This document shows positions 18,728 to 27,623 of a DNA stretch of 64,000 nt, in pieces. The notes below the pieces were generated by a model. That model had not been told where the DNA came from. It made no database searches and saw only the letters and a list, made by a program, of their open reading frames with translations. Source of the DNA: a virus (taxonomy: Duplodnaviria > Caudoviricetes). The translations under genes and the position numbers were made by a program. Location of the stretch: the IMG/VR virus record IMGVR_UViG_3300032327_000792. One strand, given 5' to 3'. Positions within the stretch are counted from its first letter, which is position 1. The number at the start of each line of letters is the position of its first letter.

Positions 18728-19546
18728 TCAATGTAGGTCAATGTATTTGATTTCAAATTCTTGTGCTCGTTGCTCATATTGAATGTAGCCTCTTGGATTG
18801 CACACCACTCTAGTACCGCCAATGCCATAGTCAAATGGATCATGCATGTGTCCATGTACCCATAGTTGAATCTGTGGATTGTCCAAGATGAACTGATCCA
18901 TATTGGAGTAAAAGTTGCCATTCATCAAGCGATCACTGGCATACTTTTCATGTACACTCAACGGGCTTGGTGCATGATGTGTGATCACAACAATTTTGTT
19001 ATCTGTACGACCACTCTCTTTATAATTCTCCATACATACTTGCAAATAGTCACGCATCTGTGTGTGATCACTTAGAGCATGCTTGGGCAAAAATTTCCAA
19101 CTCACTCGATCATTGGTATTCTTCACTGCTTGGTAGTCATTCATGGCACGTTCAGCATTGTACATGGTGAATGAGTCCTGGTCATTGAAGTCTGTCCACA
19201 AGGTTCCACCAATGAACTCGTAGCCATTGATTGTCACTGTGGATTTGTCCAACAACGTGATGTTGGCAATCTCATGGTCATCACAGAATGCGTGAAAACG
19301 TTCTGCACCTTTGGCAAAGTCACCGGAGTAATGTTCGTGGTTGCCCATCACATACAAGCTCTGCGGAAAGTCACGACTCACACGCAGAAAAAAATTTCTT
19401 GCACGCTCACCACGTTCACTTTGTTTGTCCAAATCTTTGAGCATGACAATATCGCCAGCCAGAATCAAGAGATCAGCATTGTCTTCATTTTTAAGAACAA
19501 TATCTCCAAATTCTACATGTAAATCACTGGCTAGGGCTAGTTTCAT
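18728..19546 (-). CDS. Calcineurin-like metallophosphoesterase
   Basis: SDLH, LAGDI, GNHEHY, GTLWTDF, THHAP, HGHMH. Confidence 0.88.
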   Translation of the reverse strand: MKLALASDLHVEFGDIVLKNEDNADLLILAGDIVMLKDLDKQSERGERARNFFLRVSRDFPQSLYVMGNHEHYSGDFAKGAERFHAFCDDHEIANITLLDKSTVTINGYEFIGGTLWTDFNDQDSFTMYNAERAMNDYQAVKNTNDRVSWKFLPKHALSDHTQMRDYLQVCMENYKESGRTDNKIVVITHHAPSPLSVHEKYASDRLMNGNFYSNMDQFILDNPQIQLWVHGHMHDPFDYGIGGTRVVCNPRGYIQYEQRAQEFEIKYIDLH

Positions 19547-19904
19547 CTTTTAACTTTATCAACTGTTCTACCAAATTTTGTATTACCGGATCTTCTGGTT
19601 CTCCAGCAAGATACGCTATCTTGTTGGGATAGCGTATTTGAAATCTATCAATGATTTCGCGAGCATCAGTACCTTGACAAATAAACTGTTTGTCTCGACT
19701 ATTGTAGCAGAAATACACGCCGTTGTCAATGACAATTTCCAGTCCAATCATTTGATCTTCCAGTTGCTCCACCAATTCGGTCAGAGCTTGTTCCATTCGA
19801 TCATTGAAATGCCTCAACCAAATATGTAGTCCCACTAGCCCCACAATCAAAACAACACCCACAATCATCATGGCATTGCCCACCCATATCAATGTATCGC
19901 TCAT
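19524..19904 (-). CDS. Hypothetical membrane-anchored protein
   Basis: N-terminal TM, 126 aa. Confidence 0.55.
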   Translation of the reverse strand: MSDTLIWVGNAMMIVGVVLIVGLVGLHIWLRHFNDRMEQALTELVEQLEDQMIGLEIVIDNGVYFCYNSRDKQFICQGTDAREIIDRFQIRYPNKIAYLAGEPEDPVIQNLVEQLIKLKDETSPSQ

Positions 19905-20050
19905 CGTCCGTCCGATCTTGTGGTTGAATCTGGAGTCGGGTTAGTAGGTGCCACTGGTTCTACACGACGCGGCACTGTGATTGGTCGTGTGTGCAGTCGA
20001 GGAAGATTGGTGATTGGTATCATTGCGGTTTCTCCAAATTTATAGTAAGT

Positions 20051-20575
20051 TCACTTATCTTTAATTAGTCCTCGAGCCTTGGCTCCTTCCACGTACCATT
20101 CAGTCAAGGGCTCTTCGTCTTCGTATTCGGCCATGCATTCCGAAATACCAAATTCTGTATCCAGTTCGGTGGGCAACATGTCAGCTACTTCTGAACTGTT
20201 GTGTCCGGAAAATTCATAGTAATCGTCATTGCCATTGTCGTATACGCCGGCAAAACACATGCCTGATTCATAGTACATACCATAGACCCTAAATCCTTGC
20301 TCTACCAGGCTGTCATAGGCCGCACATGGAGGAGCCCAGGCTGAATCAAAGTGGAATGCGGCTGCTGTGTCACTTTCAATCATGGGATCTGAATCTCCAC
20401 CTACGTCCCATTTGGTACCCCAGTTGCTCACGCACCAATCGTAGTCCCAGGTGTTGTCAGGGTTTGGTACCAGAGTTTGAAAAAACTCACCCTTCTTGAA
20501 TCCTTCTACTGCTCTAGTGATTTGGGCAGGATCTTCATGTTCAAGTCTTACAGTATTTGAGCACCAATTGGGCAT
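20051..20575 (-). CDS. DUF1281/YubB ferredoxin-like-domain protein
   Basis: MPNWCSN, WCVSNWGTKWD, FDSAWAPP; start moved to MPNWC, downstream of promoter 20606-20634. Confidence 0.7.
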   Translation of the reverse strand: MPNWCSNTVRLEHEDPAQITRAVEGFKKGEFFQTLVPNPDNTWDYDWCVSNWGTKWDVGGDSDPMIESDTAAAFHFDSAWAPPCAAYDSLVEQGFRVYGMYYESGMCFAGVYDNGNDDYYEFSGHNSSEVADMLPTELDTEFGISECMAEYEDEEPLTEWYVEGAKARGLIKDK

Positions 20576-20605
20576 AGAATTCTCCAAATTTCTTAATATA
20601 CATAT

Positions 20606-20634
20606 ATTATAGCAAAAGGCGAGATTCTGGTCAA
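20606..20634 (-). promoter_or_regulatory. Sigma70-type early promoter
   Basis: TTGACC-N17-TATAAT. Confidence 0.8.
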
Positions 20635-20641
20635 CCAAGAG

Positions 20642-20663
20642 AAAAGGACCCGAAGGTCCTTTT
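20642..20663. terminator. Bidirectional-type intrinsic terminator
   Basis: AAAAGGACC-CGAA-GGTCCTTTT. Confidence 0.8.
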
Positions 20664-20715
20664 GTGCGAAGTGTTCAGTTTGAATTGAACAGCGATTCCG
20701 ACTCTTCAAAGAATA

Positions 20716-20985
20716 TTAAAGAGTGATGCCCATTGCTTGAGCTTTGTAGCCTAGGGCCACTAATTTACGGCTTGGTTTGCCCAAAACGTACTCAGTTACT
20801 TGAACACCGTTGCCAGCTTTGCGTGAGTTTGTGTAAACTGCAAAACCATTGCTACGGATACGTGATACTTCTGCTGACAAATTCTTAACGCCTAATTTAG
20901 ACGCTTGGCTAGCTGTCAATGCTTTGCCTGCTTGTAATGCTTGGAAAACTTTAAAAGTTTTTGTTTCTGGATTAAAATGTTTCAT
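20716..20985 (-). CDS. Small basic winged-HTH-like DNA-binding protein
   Basis: LTASQASKLGVKNLSAEVSRIRSNGFAVY helix-turn-helix-like pattern. Confidence 0.55.
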   Translation of the reverse strand: MKHFNPETKTFKVFQALQAGKALTASQASKLGVKNLSAEVSRIRSNGFAVYTNSRKAGNGVQVTEYVLGKPSRKLVALGYKAQAMGITL

Positions 20986-21112
20986 GTTTTTACCTTTCTA
21001 AAATAGCTGTTTACTAACAGCATGAAGTAAGTATACAGTAGTTTTGGCCGATACACAACGATGTTTGGATAGCAGTTTAGCCATAAATAATGAAAAAGGC
21101 TAAACTCTACCC

Positions 21113-24100
21113 ATGGCAAATCAAATTATTATCGATATTGGAGCAGTTGCTAACGATGGCACTGGTGATCCCTTACGTACCGCATTTAATTACGTAAACA
21201 ACAACTTCTCAAATGTATGGGCCACAGGTGTTGCCAACTCAAACATACAGTTTGATGGGAATCGAATTTTAACAACCAACACCAATGGAAACTTGGTCCT
21301 GGCGCCCAACGGCATAGGCAAAGTGCAGAGCAATGTGGACATTGTGCCCAATGCCAATAATACTGTAAGTTTGGGCAGTTTGACTCGCCAATGGAACACA
21401 GTTTATGCTCGAAATTTGACAGTTGGTGGTGATACCACATTCAATAATCTAACAGTCAGTGGTAATTTAACAGTTCAAGGCAATACCATACAGATTGGTA
21501 ACATTGTTACAGATACCAAAACCATACAGTTGGCCAACACAGCTGCCACTGCCAATGCTGCCAATGGATCAGGCATCACAGTGGGTGCCAATGACAACAT
21601 TGCCACAATGCTGTATAGCAGTACCAGCAACACTTGGGTCATGAACATTGGCGCCAACATCACAGGCAATGTTACAGCACCATATTTCTTTGGCAATGGT
21701 AGCCAACTCACCGGATTGCCAGTACAATATGGCAATGCCAATGTAGTTACATTGTTGGCTGGGTTTGGGTCAAACACCATTTCAACCACTGGTAATATCA
21801 CAGGTGGATTTATTTTTGGCAACATTAGCCAAGCAAATGGATTCCCAGCAACCTATGGCAACAGTAATGTCACAACTTTGTTGAGTAATTTAGGCAGCAA
21901 CATTATTAGTGGAACAGGCAACATCACAACCACTGGCAATATCACAGGTGGATTTATTTTAGGTAACGTGAGATTTGCCAATGGATTACCGGCAACCTAC
22001 AGCAATGCCAATGCGGTGGCCTATGGTGAATCAGGTTGGGCCGGCAATATTATTCCAAGTGGCAATGCTGTTTACAGTTTGGGCAATAGTACAAATCAAT
22101 GGAATGATTTGTATGTGAGTAACACCACTATTTTCATGAACAATGTACCGCTCAGCTTGACTGCTGGCAACGTGCTCACAGTCAACGGCAATGCTGTGCT
22201 ACAAAACAATTCCAATACCACAATCTCAACCACGGGCAACGTCACTTCGGGCAATCTGATTTCACCCACGCTGAACAACAGTGGCAACATAAGTGTTGTG
22301 GCCAGTGGCAATTCCTGGTTATTTGGCTCAACTGGTAATCTAGTACTACCAAGAGGTGGTGTTGTTTACGAAACCAGCATTCCTTCTGGTGGTCTTGATG
22401 GCAATACTATTGCTCTAAAACCATCAGGCGGTACCAACCCTAATCAACAGTTGTTGATATATCCCACCGGCGGTGCTGATGACAATCATTTGCATTTAAC
22501 CACAGGTAACTTGTACAACACTGAACTGTTCCTGGGTAATGACAATCTCTATGTCAAGCTGGCCAACACCGGCAATGTCGTGATCAACAGCAATGACGAT
22601 ACTGGCAACTCAGCACAGTGGACATTTGGCACCACTGGTACCACAATATTTCCTACACTTACAGTGACACGAGGTGACCGCACAGGCAGCCTCACAGGAC
22701 AGGCCTTAGTATTTGGCGACAGCACACAAGAAGCCTTGATCTCAACTCCTAACGGCACCAATGCCATTGCTGATTCACAACGAATTGTGATCAATCCTGG
22801 AGCAGGTTATGCCAATACCACAGGCGAAGGTGGTGACATCTATCTCTACGCCGGACGCGGTGGTGACGCAGGCGGCACAGGCGGTGACATCAAGATCCGC
22901 GGTGGCCTTGGCCCTATGGATGGTGCCGGTGGCTATTTGGACATCATGGGTGGCGAAGCCGCTGGCAACGGTGTTGGTGGACGCATTGATATCCAAGGTG
23001 GCGAAAGTGGCAACAGCAACGGTGGCGACATAAACATCACTGGCGGCCAAGGTCGCAATGGTGGCGATATAAACATTCTAGGCGGGACGGGCACAGCAGG
23101 ACCAGGTGGCGATCTCACACTGCAAGGTGGTGTCAGCTCCAATGGTCTGGCTGCATATGGTAATGTGGTTGTCAACGCAGGCGCAAGTCAATGGCAATTT
23201 GACAACACAGGTAATCTGAGACTACCCAGCAACACTTTTGCGGTAAACTATGCCAACGGCACAGCAGTCGCATTAGGTGGTAGTTATGGCAATGCCAATG
23301 TGGCCACATTCTTGACCGCATATGGTAGCAATACAATCACAACCACAGGCAACATCACAGGTGGCAATTTGATTAGTTCTACTGGCATTGTTGGCAACAT
23401 AGAGCTCATAATGGGCAACGTTGCCAATGCTTCTGCTACCAGAACACGCATATTAAGTGATGGAGCATTTAGTTATATTCAAACAGGCAATGGAACTGCT
23501 GGCACCACGGGTAACATTGTGTTTTCTCCCTATCAATCACCCACACAACGGGTGGTGATCAATACTGCCAGCGGCAACATTACGGCCACAGGCAACGTCA
23601 CAGCACAAAACTTTACGGGCAACATTTCAATCACAGGCAATGTTCAAGGAACCACGGCCAATGTGACCTTGGTTGCCGGTTCATACTCCACTGTGTTTGA
23701 CAACACTGGTAACTTGACTTTACCTGGCAACACATTTGCTGTAAACTATGCCAACAACACACCAGTAGATGTGGTCACAAGATTTGAGAGTTTCTGGACA
23801 GTGCCTGTGGGCAACAGCACCCAGAGTTTCACTGTGTCTGCCAGCAATACCTACTACATGTGGGTTGATTGCAGTATCCCCAATGGTATCTTGACTTGGA
23901 ACGCTACTGGCACTGTTACTAACACCAACGTACCTGTCGTAGGTGCTCAGTATGCCTGGGTCTACACAGGTGGTGGAACCCCAATTGATTTTACCAGCAT
24001 ACCCGATCAGTTCGTAGGCACTGCCAACACCATAGTTCGTAGCAATGTAGCTCCCAGTGCAACTACCAACAGATTTGACTTTGGTATCAACAACGCCAGC

Positions 24101-24145
24101 GGCAACGCTGTAACTGTTCGTTACGGTTGGATCCAAATCAGTTAA
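21113..24145 (+). CDS. Tail fibre / receptor-binding-like protein
   Basis: gp10-like N-terminus (IDIGAVANDGTGDPLRTAF), Asn/Gly/Thr-rich internal repeats, TAAATA late motif at 21084-21089. Confidence 0.8.
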   Translation: MANQIIIDIGAVANDGTGDPLRTAFNYVNNNFSNVWATGVANSNIQFDGNRILTTNTNGNLVLAPNGIGKVQSNVDIVPNANNTVSLGSLTRQWNTVYARNLTVGGDTTFNNLTVSGNLTVQGNTIQIGNIVTDTKTIQLANTAATANAANGSGITVGANDNIATMLYSSTSNTWVMNIGANITGNVTAPYFFGNGSQLTGLPVQYGNANVVTLLAGFGSNTISTTGNITGGFIFGNISQANGFPATYGNSNVTTLLSNLGSNIISGTGNITTTGNITGGFILGNVRFANGLPATYSNANAVAYGESGWAGNIIPSGNAVYSLGNSTNQWNDLYVSNTTIFMNNVPLSLTAGNVLTVNGNAVLQNNSNTTISTTGNVTSGNLISPTLNNSGNISVVASGNSWLFGSTGNLVLPRGGVVYETSIPSGGLDGNTIALKPSGGTNPNQQLLIYPTGGADDNHLHLTTGNLYNTELFLGNDNLYVKLANTGNVVINSNDDTGNSAQWTFGTTGTTIFPTLTVTRGDRTGSLTGQALVFGDSTQEALISTPNGTNAIADSQRIVINPGAGYANTTGEGGDIYLYAGRGGDAGGTGGDIKIRGGLGPMDGAGGYLDIMGGEAAGNGVGGRIDIQGGESGNSNGGDINITGGQGRNGGDINILGGTGTAGPGGDLTLQGGVSSNGLAAYGNVVVNAGASQWQFDNTGNLRLPSNTFAVNYANGTAVALGGSYGNANVATFLTAYGSNTITTTGNITGGNLISSTGIVGNIELIMGNVANASATRTRILSDGAFSYIQTGNGTAGTTGNIVFSPYQSPTQRVVINTASGNITATGNVTAQNFTGNISITGNVQGTTANVTLVAGSYSTVFDNTGNLTLPGNTFAVNYANNTPVDVVTRFESFWTVPVGNSTQSFTVSASNTYYMWVDCSIPNGILTWNATGTVTNTNVPVVGAQYAWVYTGGGTPIDFTSIPDQFVGTANTIVRSNVAPSATTNRFDFGINNASGNAVTVRYGWIQIS

Positions 24146-24155
24146 TGGATCAACC

Positions 24156-24860
24156 ATGATTATATCGGGTGTAACACTCCGTGGCACAAGAGTATTGGAT
24201 GGTGGCGTCATGCCCACCAACTTGATACTGTATCTTGATGCCAACAATTCCGCCAGTTATTCCGGCTCAGGAACTACCTTGAACGACCTATCAGGCAATG
24301 GCTATACTCATACTCTAAGCAACAGTAATCTTTATACTGTCCTAAGTGGGGTGAAATGTTTTAACTGTAGCGCCATTGGACAGGTTATTACTGCTGTTTC
24401 GACCACTATACAAATACCCACAAATTTTACCTATATTACCTGGACGCGAGTGCGGACAAGCACCACACCTTTTAGAACGCTACTTAGAACATTCGGCAAC
24501 GGCGGTCATCCTATAATCGTCAACGCAGGAACCAATCTACTGGGCATGTGGGATAATCTTCCCGACAACACTGGATTTAACAGTTCAGGTTACGACATGG
24601 CGGCCTATGGCGATGTCTGGGCACAATTTGCCACTGTAGGTGATTTGTCAGGACAAACATTTTACATCAACGGGCAACAGGTTGGATCCGGTGTGGCAAA
24701 GTCAGTGGCAGAACGATATCACTTTGCCTGGGGCAATATCCAGTCGGCCAATGATCAACCTTGGGGCTATGTGGCCAACTTGGAATTGTACAATATCAAA
24801 CTTTCCCCTGAACAGCTACAACAAAACTACTACGGATTAAAGGGAGTGTTCGGCTTGTAA
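24156..24860 (+). CDS. Concanavalin A-like/LamG lectin-domain virion protein
   Basis: LILYLDANNSASYSGSGTTLNDLSGNG, FYING, YNIKLSPEQLQQNY. Confidence 0.75.
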   Translation: MIISGVTLRGTRVLDGGVMPTNLILYLDANNSASYSGSGTTLNDLSGNGYTHTLSNSNLYTVLSGVKCFNCSAIGQVITAVSTTIQIPTNFTYITWTRVRTSTTPFRTLLRTFGNGGHPIIVNAGTNLLGMWDNLPDNTGFNSSGYDMAAYGDVWAQFATVGDLSGQTFYINGQQVGSGVAKSVAERYHFAWGNIQSANDQPWGYVANLELYNIKLSPEQLQQNYYGLKGVFGL

Positions 24861-25190
24861 TTCTGAAACGTGCTTACACGCACCGCGGAACTTCCAACCG
24901 GCACACGAACAAGCCCACTCACTGTTGTTCTCACTCACTGTATAACTGTCACCTCGACTGCCTGCCACAGTCCAAGTTCGACCTTCGGGCTTGTCATCCA
25001 CAGAGTAGCCCCATGTATTGGGAACTTCCCGAAACTTACGACCCGAAGTTTTGAACTTCATTGGTACTCGGAACCGTTCGACCTCTCCACCACTGGCCTT
25101 GACGTAAGCATAGATCTTGTCCTTTGAATCGTTGGCAAAGTAGGTATGGTTGGGTGTGTCCCAGTCGGTGATCTCTTGTAGTATCTTCAC
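24837..25190 (-). CDS. SWIM zinc-finger protein
   Basis: WACSCAGWKFRGACKHV. Confidence 0.75.
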   Translation of the reverse strand: MKILQEITDWDTPNHTYFANDSKDKIYAYVKASGGEVERFRVPMKFKTSGRKFREVPNTWGYSVDDKPEGRTWTVAGSRGDSYTVSENNSEWACSCAGWKFRGACKHVSELQAEHSL

Positions 25191-25194
25191 GGTG

Positions 25195-25635
25195 TTAGGC
25201 TTCCTGACGCAACGATGCTACAACCAAAGCCGGACTCAACGGTTCAAACGCATCACCCTGAGAGTACAACCATGTGCCCCGATCATACAGGTAATAGAAC
25301 TGTTCGCCTGATTCAAACTCGTCCACAAACTGTTGCTCCGTTTGAAAAGTTCTAAAGCCTGCATCAGATTCTCCACGATCACGAGCATAAAAGGTACACT
25401 GTTCAGCAATGCCATTGTCCAAGTAGTTGGATCTATGAGAGAACTTGACTTTTTCACCGATGGCAGCACCCAAACAGCTCATATCGCCCATGGCAATCAG
25501 TTTATTGACTTTGACGGAGTTGGGATAATACAACAACAATGTACGTCCAACATACTCGGGATAACCATCATAATGGCAGTACACTGCCTTGATAATGTCA
25601 CCGTGTTTGATACCAATGGCTGATCTTGTGCTCAT
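25195..25635 (-). CDS. Conserved hypothetical phage protein
   Basis: MSTRSAIG...YCHYDGYPEYVG...YYLY...W. Confidence 0.7.
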   Translation of the reverse strand: MSTRSAIGIKHGDIIKAVYCHYDGYPEYVGRTLLLYYPNSVKVNKLIAMGDMSCLGAAIGEKVKFSHRSNYLDNGIAEQCTFYARDRGESDAGFRTFQTEQQFVDEFESGEQFYYLYDRGTWLYSQGDAFEPLSPALVVASLRQEA

Positions 25636-25805
25636 TATGCTAGTTCCCAGTTGTAGATTCTGCGTTCAATTTCAGCTTCGTAAAGGTCCAACATTGTTTG
25701 GTAGTTGATACCTCTTGGCTCGAAGCCGGAGTAATATTCAATCTTGTCAAGAACCTCTTTGGTAGACAATGATTTTAGACTGTTCTTGAATTCAGTTGTG
25801 GTCAT
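25635..25805 (-). CDS. Small protein (56 aa, not in ORF track)
   Basis: MTTTEFKNSLKSLSTKEVLDKIEYY...YEAEIERR; GGAG RBS; resembles 26319..26480. Confidence 0.55.
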   Translation of the reverse strand: MTTTEFKNSLKSLSTKEVLDKIEYYSGFEPRGINYQTMLDLYEAEIERRIYNWELA

Positions 25806-25814
25806 ACTTGCTCC

Positions 25815-26081
25815 TTATCTGCTCAAGTTAATTACACGACCTTGAAACTCATTGAAACTGACTTTCCAAGGCACAAATATTTCAATACCCTTACGACCTT
25901 GGTCTGTGGCATCTGACCATGAATCACGAGTAACACGGATCTTATATGCTTGGTAACCTTGGGTAGTGTCACCACAATCCAATACTTCACCTTCAACAAA
26001 ACAGTCCTCACGACCCAGCATTGGTTTGAAATCATATGCACGAATTGTATCACCTTGAACGATTGTAAAATTCATTTCCAA
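25815..26081 (-). CDS. Hypothetical early protein
   Basis: 88 aa, GGAG RBS, promoter 26106-26134. Confidence 0.6.
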   Translation of the reverse strand: MEMNFTIVQGDTIRAYDFKPMLGREDCFVEGEVLDCGDTTQGYQAYKIRVTRDSWSDATDQGRKGIEIFVPWKVSFNEFQGRVINLSR

Positions 26082-26105
26082 CTCCTTATTGTTTACTATG
26101 TTAAT

Positions 26106-26134
26106 AGTATAACAAATTGGCTATTTCTGGTCAA
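26106..26134 (-). promoter_or_regulatory. Sigma70-type early promoter
   Basis: TTGACC-N17-TATACT. Confidence 0.75.
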
Positions 26135-26171
26135 CCAAAACACAGCATTTTGGTCTGTTTTTTAGGTGCTG

Positions 26172-26222
26172 TAAGTCATTGATTTTGTTACAAAAAAAAT
26201 ATCCTTACAAATCAATGACTTA
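26172..26222. repeat. 14-bp inverted repeat, TAAGTCATTGATT family
   Basis: TAAGTCATTGATTT-N23-AAATCAATGACTTA. Confidence 0.85.
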
Positions 26223-26318
26223 GCGATTGCTGACTTTGTTCCTGGATTTAGGACTTACAGTATTGGTTACCGGCCCAAGTCAACACCAGGTTTGGAAATT
26301 CACTATGACGCGAATACT

Positions 26319-26480
26319 TTACATTAGTTCTGTTCTGTTGTACAGTTCGTCTTCCAACAATGTGAACATGATTTCATCACGCACACCCTTGGACTGTAAT
26401 GTACGGTATTGATCGTATTCGGTTTGAACTTCGGATTCTGACATCTGTTGGATGCGGATTCTCAGTTGTTCTATCTTCAT
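26319..26480 (-). CDS. Small protein (53 aa, not in ORF track)
   Basis: MKIEQLRIRIQQMSESEVQTEYDQYRTLQSKGVRDEIMFTLLEDELYNRTELM. Confidence 0.5.
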   Translation of the reverse strand: MKIEQLRIRIQQMSESEVQTEYDQYRTLQSKGVRDEIMFTLLEDELYNRTELM

Positions 26481-26601
26481 TATAAAGCCTCATATAAGTG
26501 AGCAAATTGATCGGGTGTGACATAGTCTTTGACATAGATATAAATGTCTGCCAACGAATAACCGCCACGTTTCATTCTAACAATTTCTGCGTTGACATCC
26601 A

Positions 26602-27057
26602 TTATGCTACCTCTGCTGTTTTACGACTACGACGCTTCTTTGGCTGAGCACGCACCAATAATTCCAAAGCACGGGCTGGAGAAATTTCTTTCACTGTCAG
26701 TGCCACACGAGCATTGGCTTCTGCAATTGACAGTTTCTTTTCAACTGTGACTTTCTTGCCCTGAAGTTCCATGGCAAAACGAGTCGGAACACGTACAATT
26801 ACCTCACGTTTTGGTTTAGAAATTTTACCAGCCACTGCTGTCAACAATTCCAAAATATCAGTACGTCCATTGGCAAAATTACGTGATAGTAATTCTTGAG
26901 CGGCTGCTTCTTTGGTTTCAACATTGACATTGACCATTTCAACATCTGTGTCGCCTAGTTTGCCCAACTGCTGGAAACGAGCCGGACTTGTTGCAGTACG
27001 GAACTTTAGTTCACCTGCTACACGACTAACACCTGCAAAATAAATTGCTTTACTCAT
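26602..27057 (-). CDS. Hypothetical basic early protein, paralogue of 10415..10726
   Basis: FAGVSRVAGELKFRTA...LGKLGDTDV; promoter 27086-27114. Confidence 0.65.
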   Translation of the reverse strand: MSKAIYFAGVSRVAGELKFRTATSPARFQQLGKLGDTDVEMVNVNVETKEAAAQELLSRNFANGRTDILELLTAVAGKISKPKREVIVRVPTRFAMELQGKKVTVEKKLSIAEANARVALTVKEISPARALELLVRAQPKKRRSRKTAEVA

Positions 27058-27085
27058 TTTTGCTCCTTTTGTTAACTATAAAACT

Positions 27086-27114
27086 AGTATAGCAAAAGGC
27101 AGTTTTCTGGTCAA
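27086..27114 (-). promoter_or_regulatory. Sigma70-type early promoter
   Basis: TTGACC-N17-TATACT. Confidence 0.8.
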
Positions 27115-27149
27115 CCGTTTGAGTAGATTTTGGTGTTTTTTATGGTGTT

Positions 27150-27201
27150 GTAAGTCATTGATTCTAAAGAAAAAAAATCTTCAACTAAATCAATGACTTA
27201 C
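27150..27201. repeat. 14-bp inverted repeat, TAAGTCATTGATT family
   Basis: GTAAGTCATTGATT-N24-AATCAATGACTTAC. Confidence 0.85.
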
Positions 27202-27623
27202 GTCAACAACCAGCCTTGCCCACTGTGCTGGTGTAACCAATGGTAAAAAGGACGGTCAAATGTCAGTGTCCACTTACCATTGAACCCTAAATAATTGGTA
27301 GGGTTGTTGTTGTTATGATCGTTTTGATAATCAGCTAGATAATCATATTTAGGAGTTAACTCAATATTATCTACGGATAATTGCTTGATAATTACCGCAG
27401 TTTCATATTCAGTGGTATAATGTTTATTACGCAATTCAATATTAACGGCAAATAAATCAAGTAAATCAACGTGATAATCCAATATAATCGTATTGGATAA
27501 CACAGGATAATGATCTACAACGTCATTAACAGATACTCTAATATCTGGAGTACCCACAGGTTCTAACTCAATATGCAAATGCAACCGAGAATCAATAGCC
27601 TGCAGATCGGAATAAGTCTTCAT
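27198..27623 (-). CDS. Hypothetical protein
   Basis: 141-aa ORF overlapping the radical SAM gene. Confidence 0.55.
   Translation of the reverse strand: MKTYSDLQAIDSRLHLHIELEPVGTPDIRVSVNDVVDHYPVLSNTIILDYHVDLLDLFAVNIELRNKHYTTEYETAVIIKQLSVDNIELTPKYDYLADYQNDHNNNNPTNYLGFNGKWTLTFDRPFYHWLHQHSGQGWLLT

Noticed and set aside
18529-18921. 130-aa ORF as called
   Set aside because: Its 5' part overlaps the phosphoesterase out of frame; a real gene probably starts near 18711 (MRKWIK).
22775-24247. Antisense ORFs within long genes (also in groEL, the FecR gene, the curlin gene and others)
   Set aside because: They are shadows of biased codon usage on the opposite strand, with no RBS or motifs.
21113-24860. 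Diversity-generating retroelement target
   Set aside because: No reverse transcriptase in the window; the repeat pairs differ at non-adenine positions and both lie in-frame in the same gene.
26377-26568. 63-aa ORF
   Set aside because: It straddles two better-supported small ORFs in other frames (26319..26480 and one immediately upstream).
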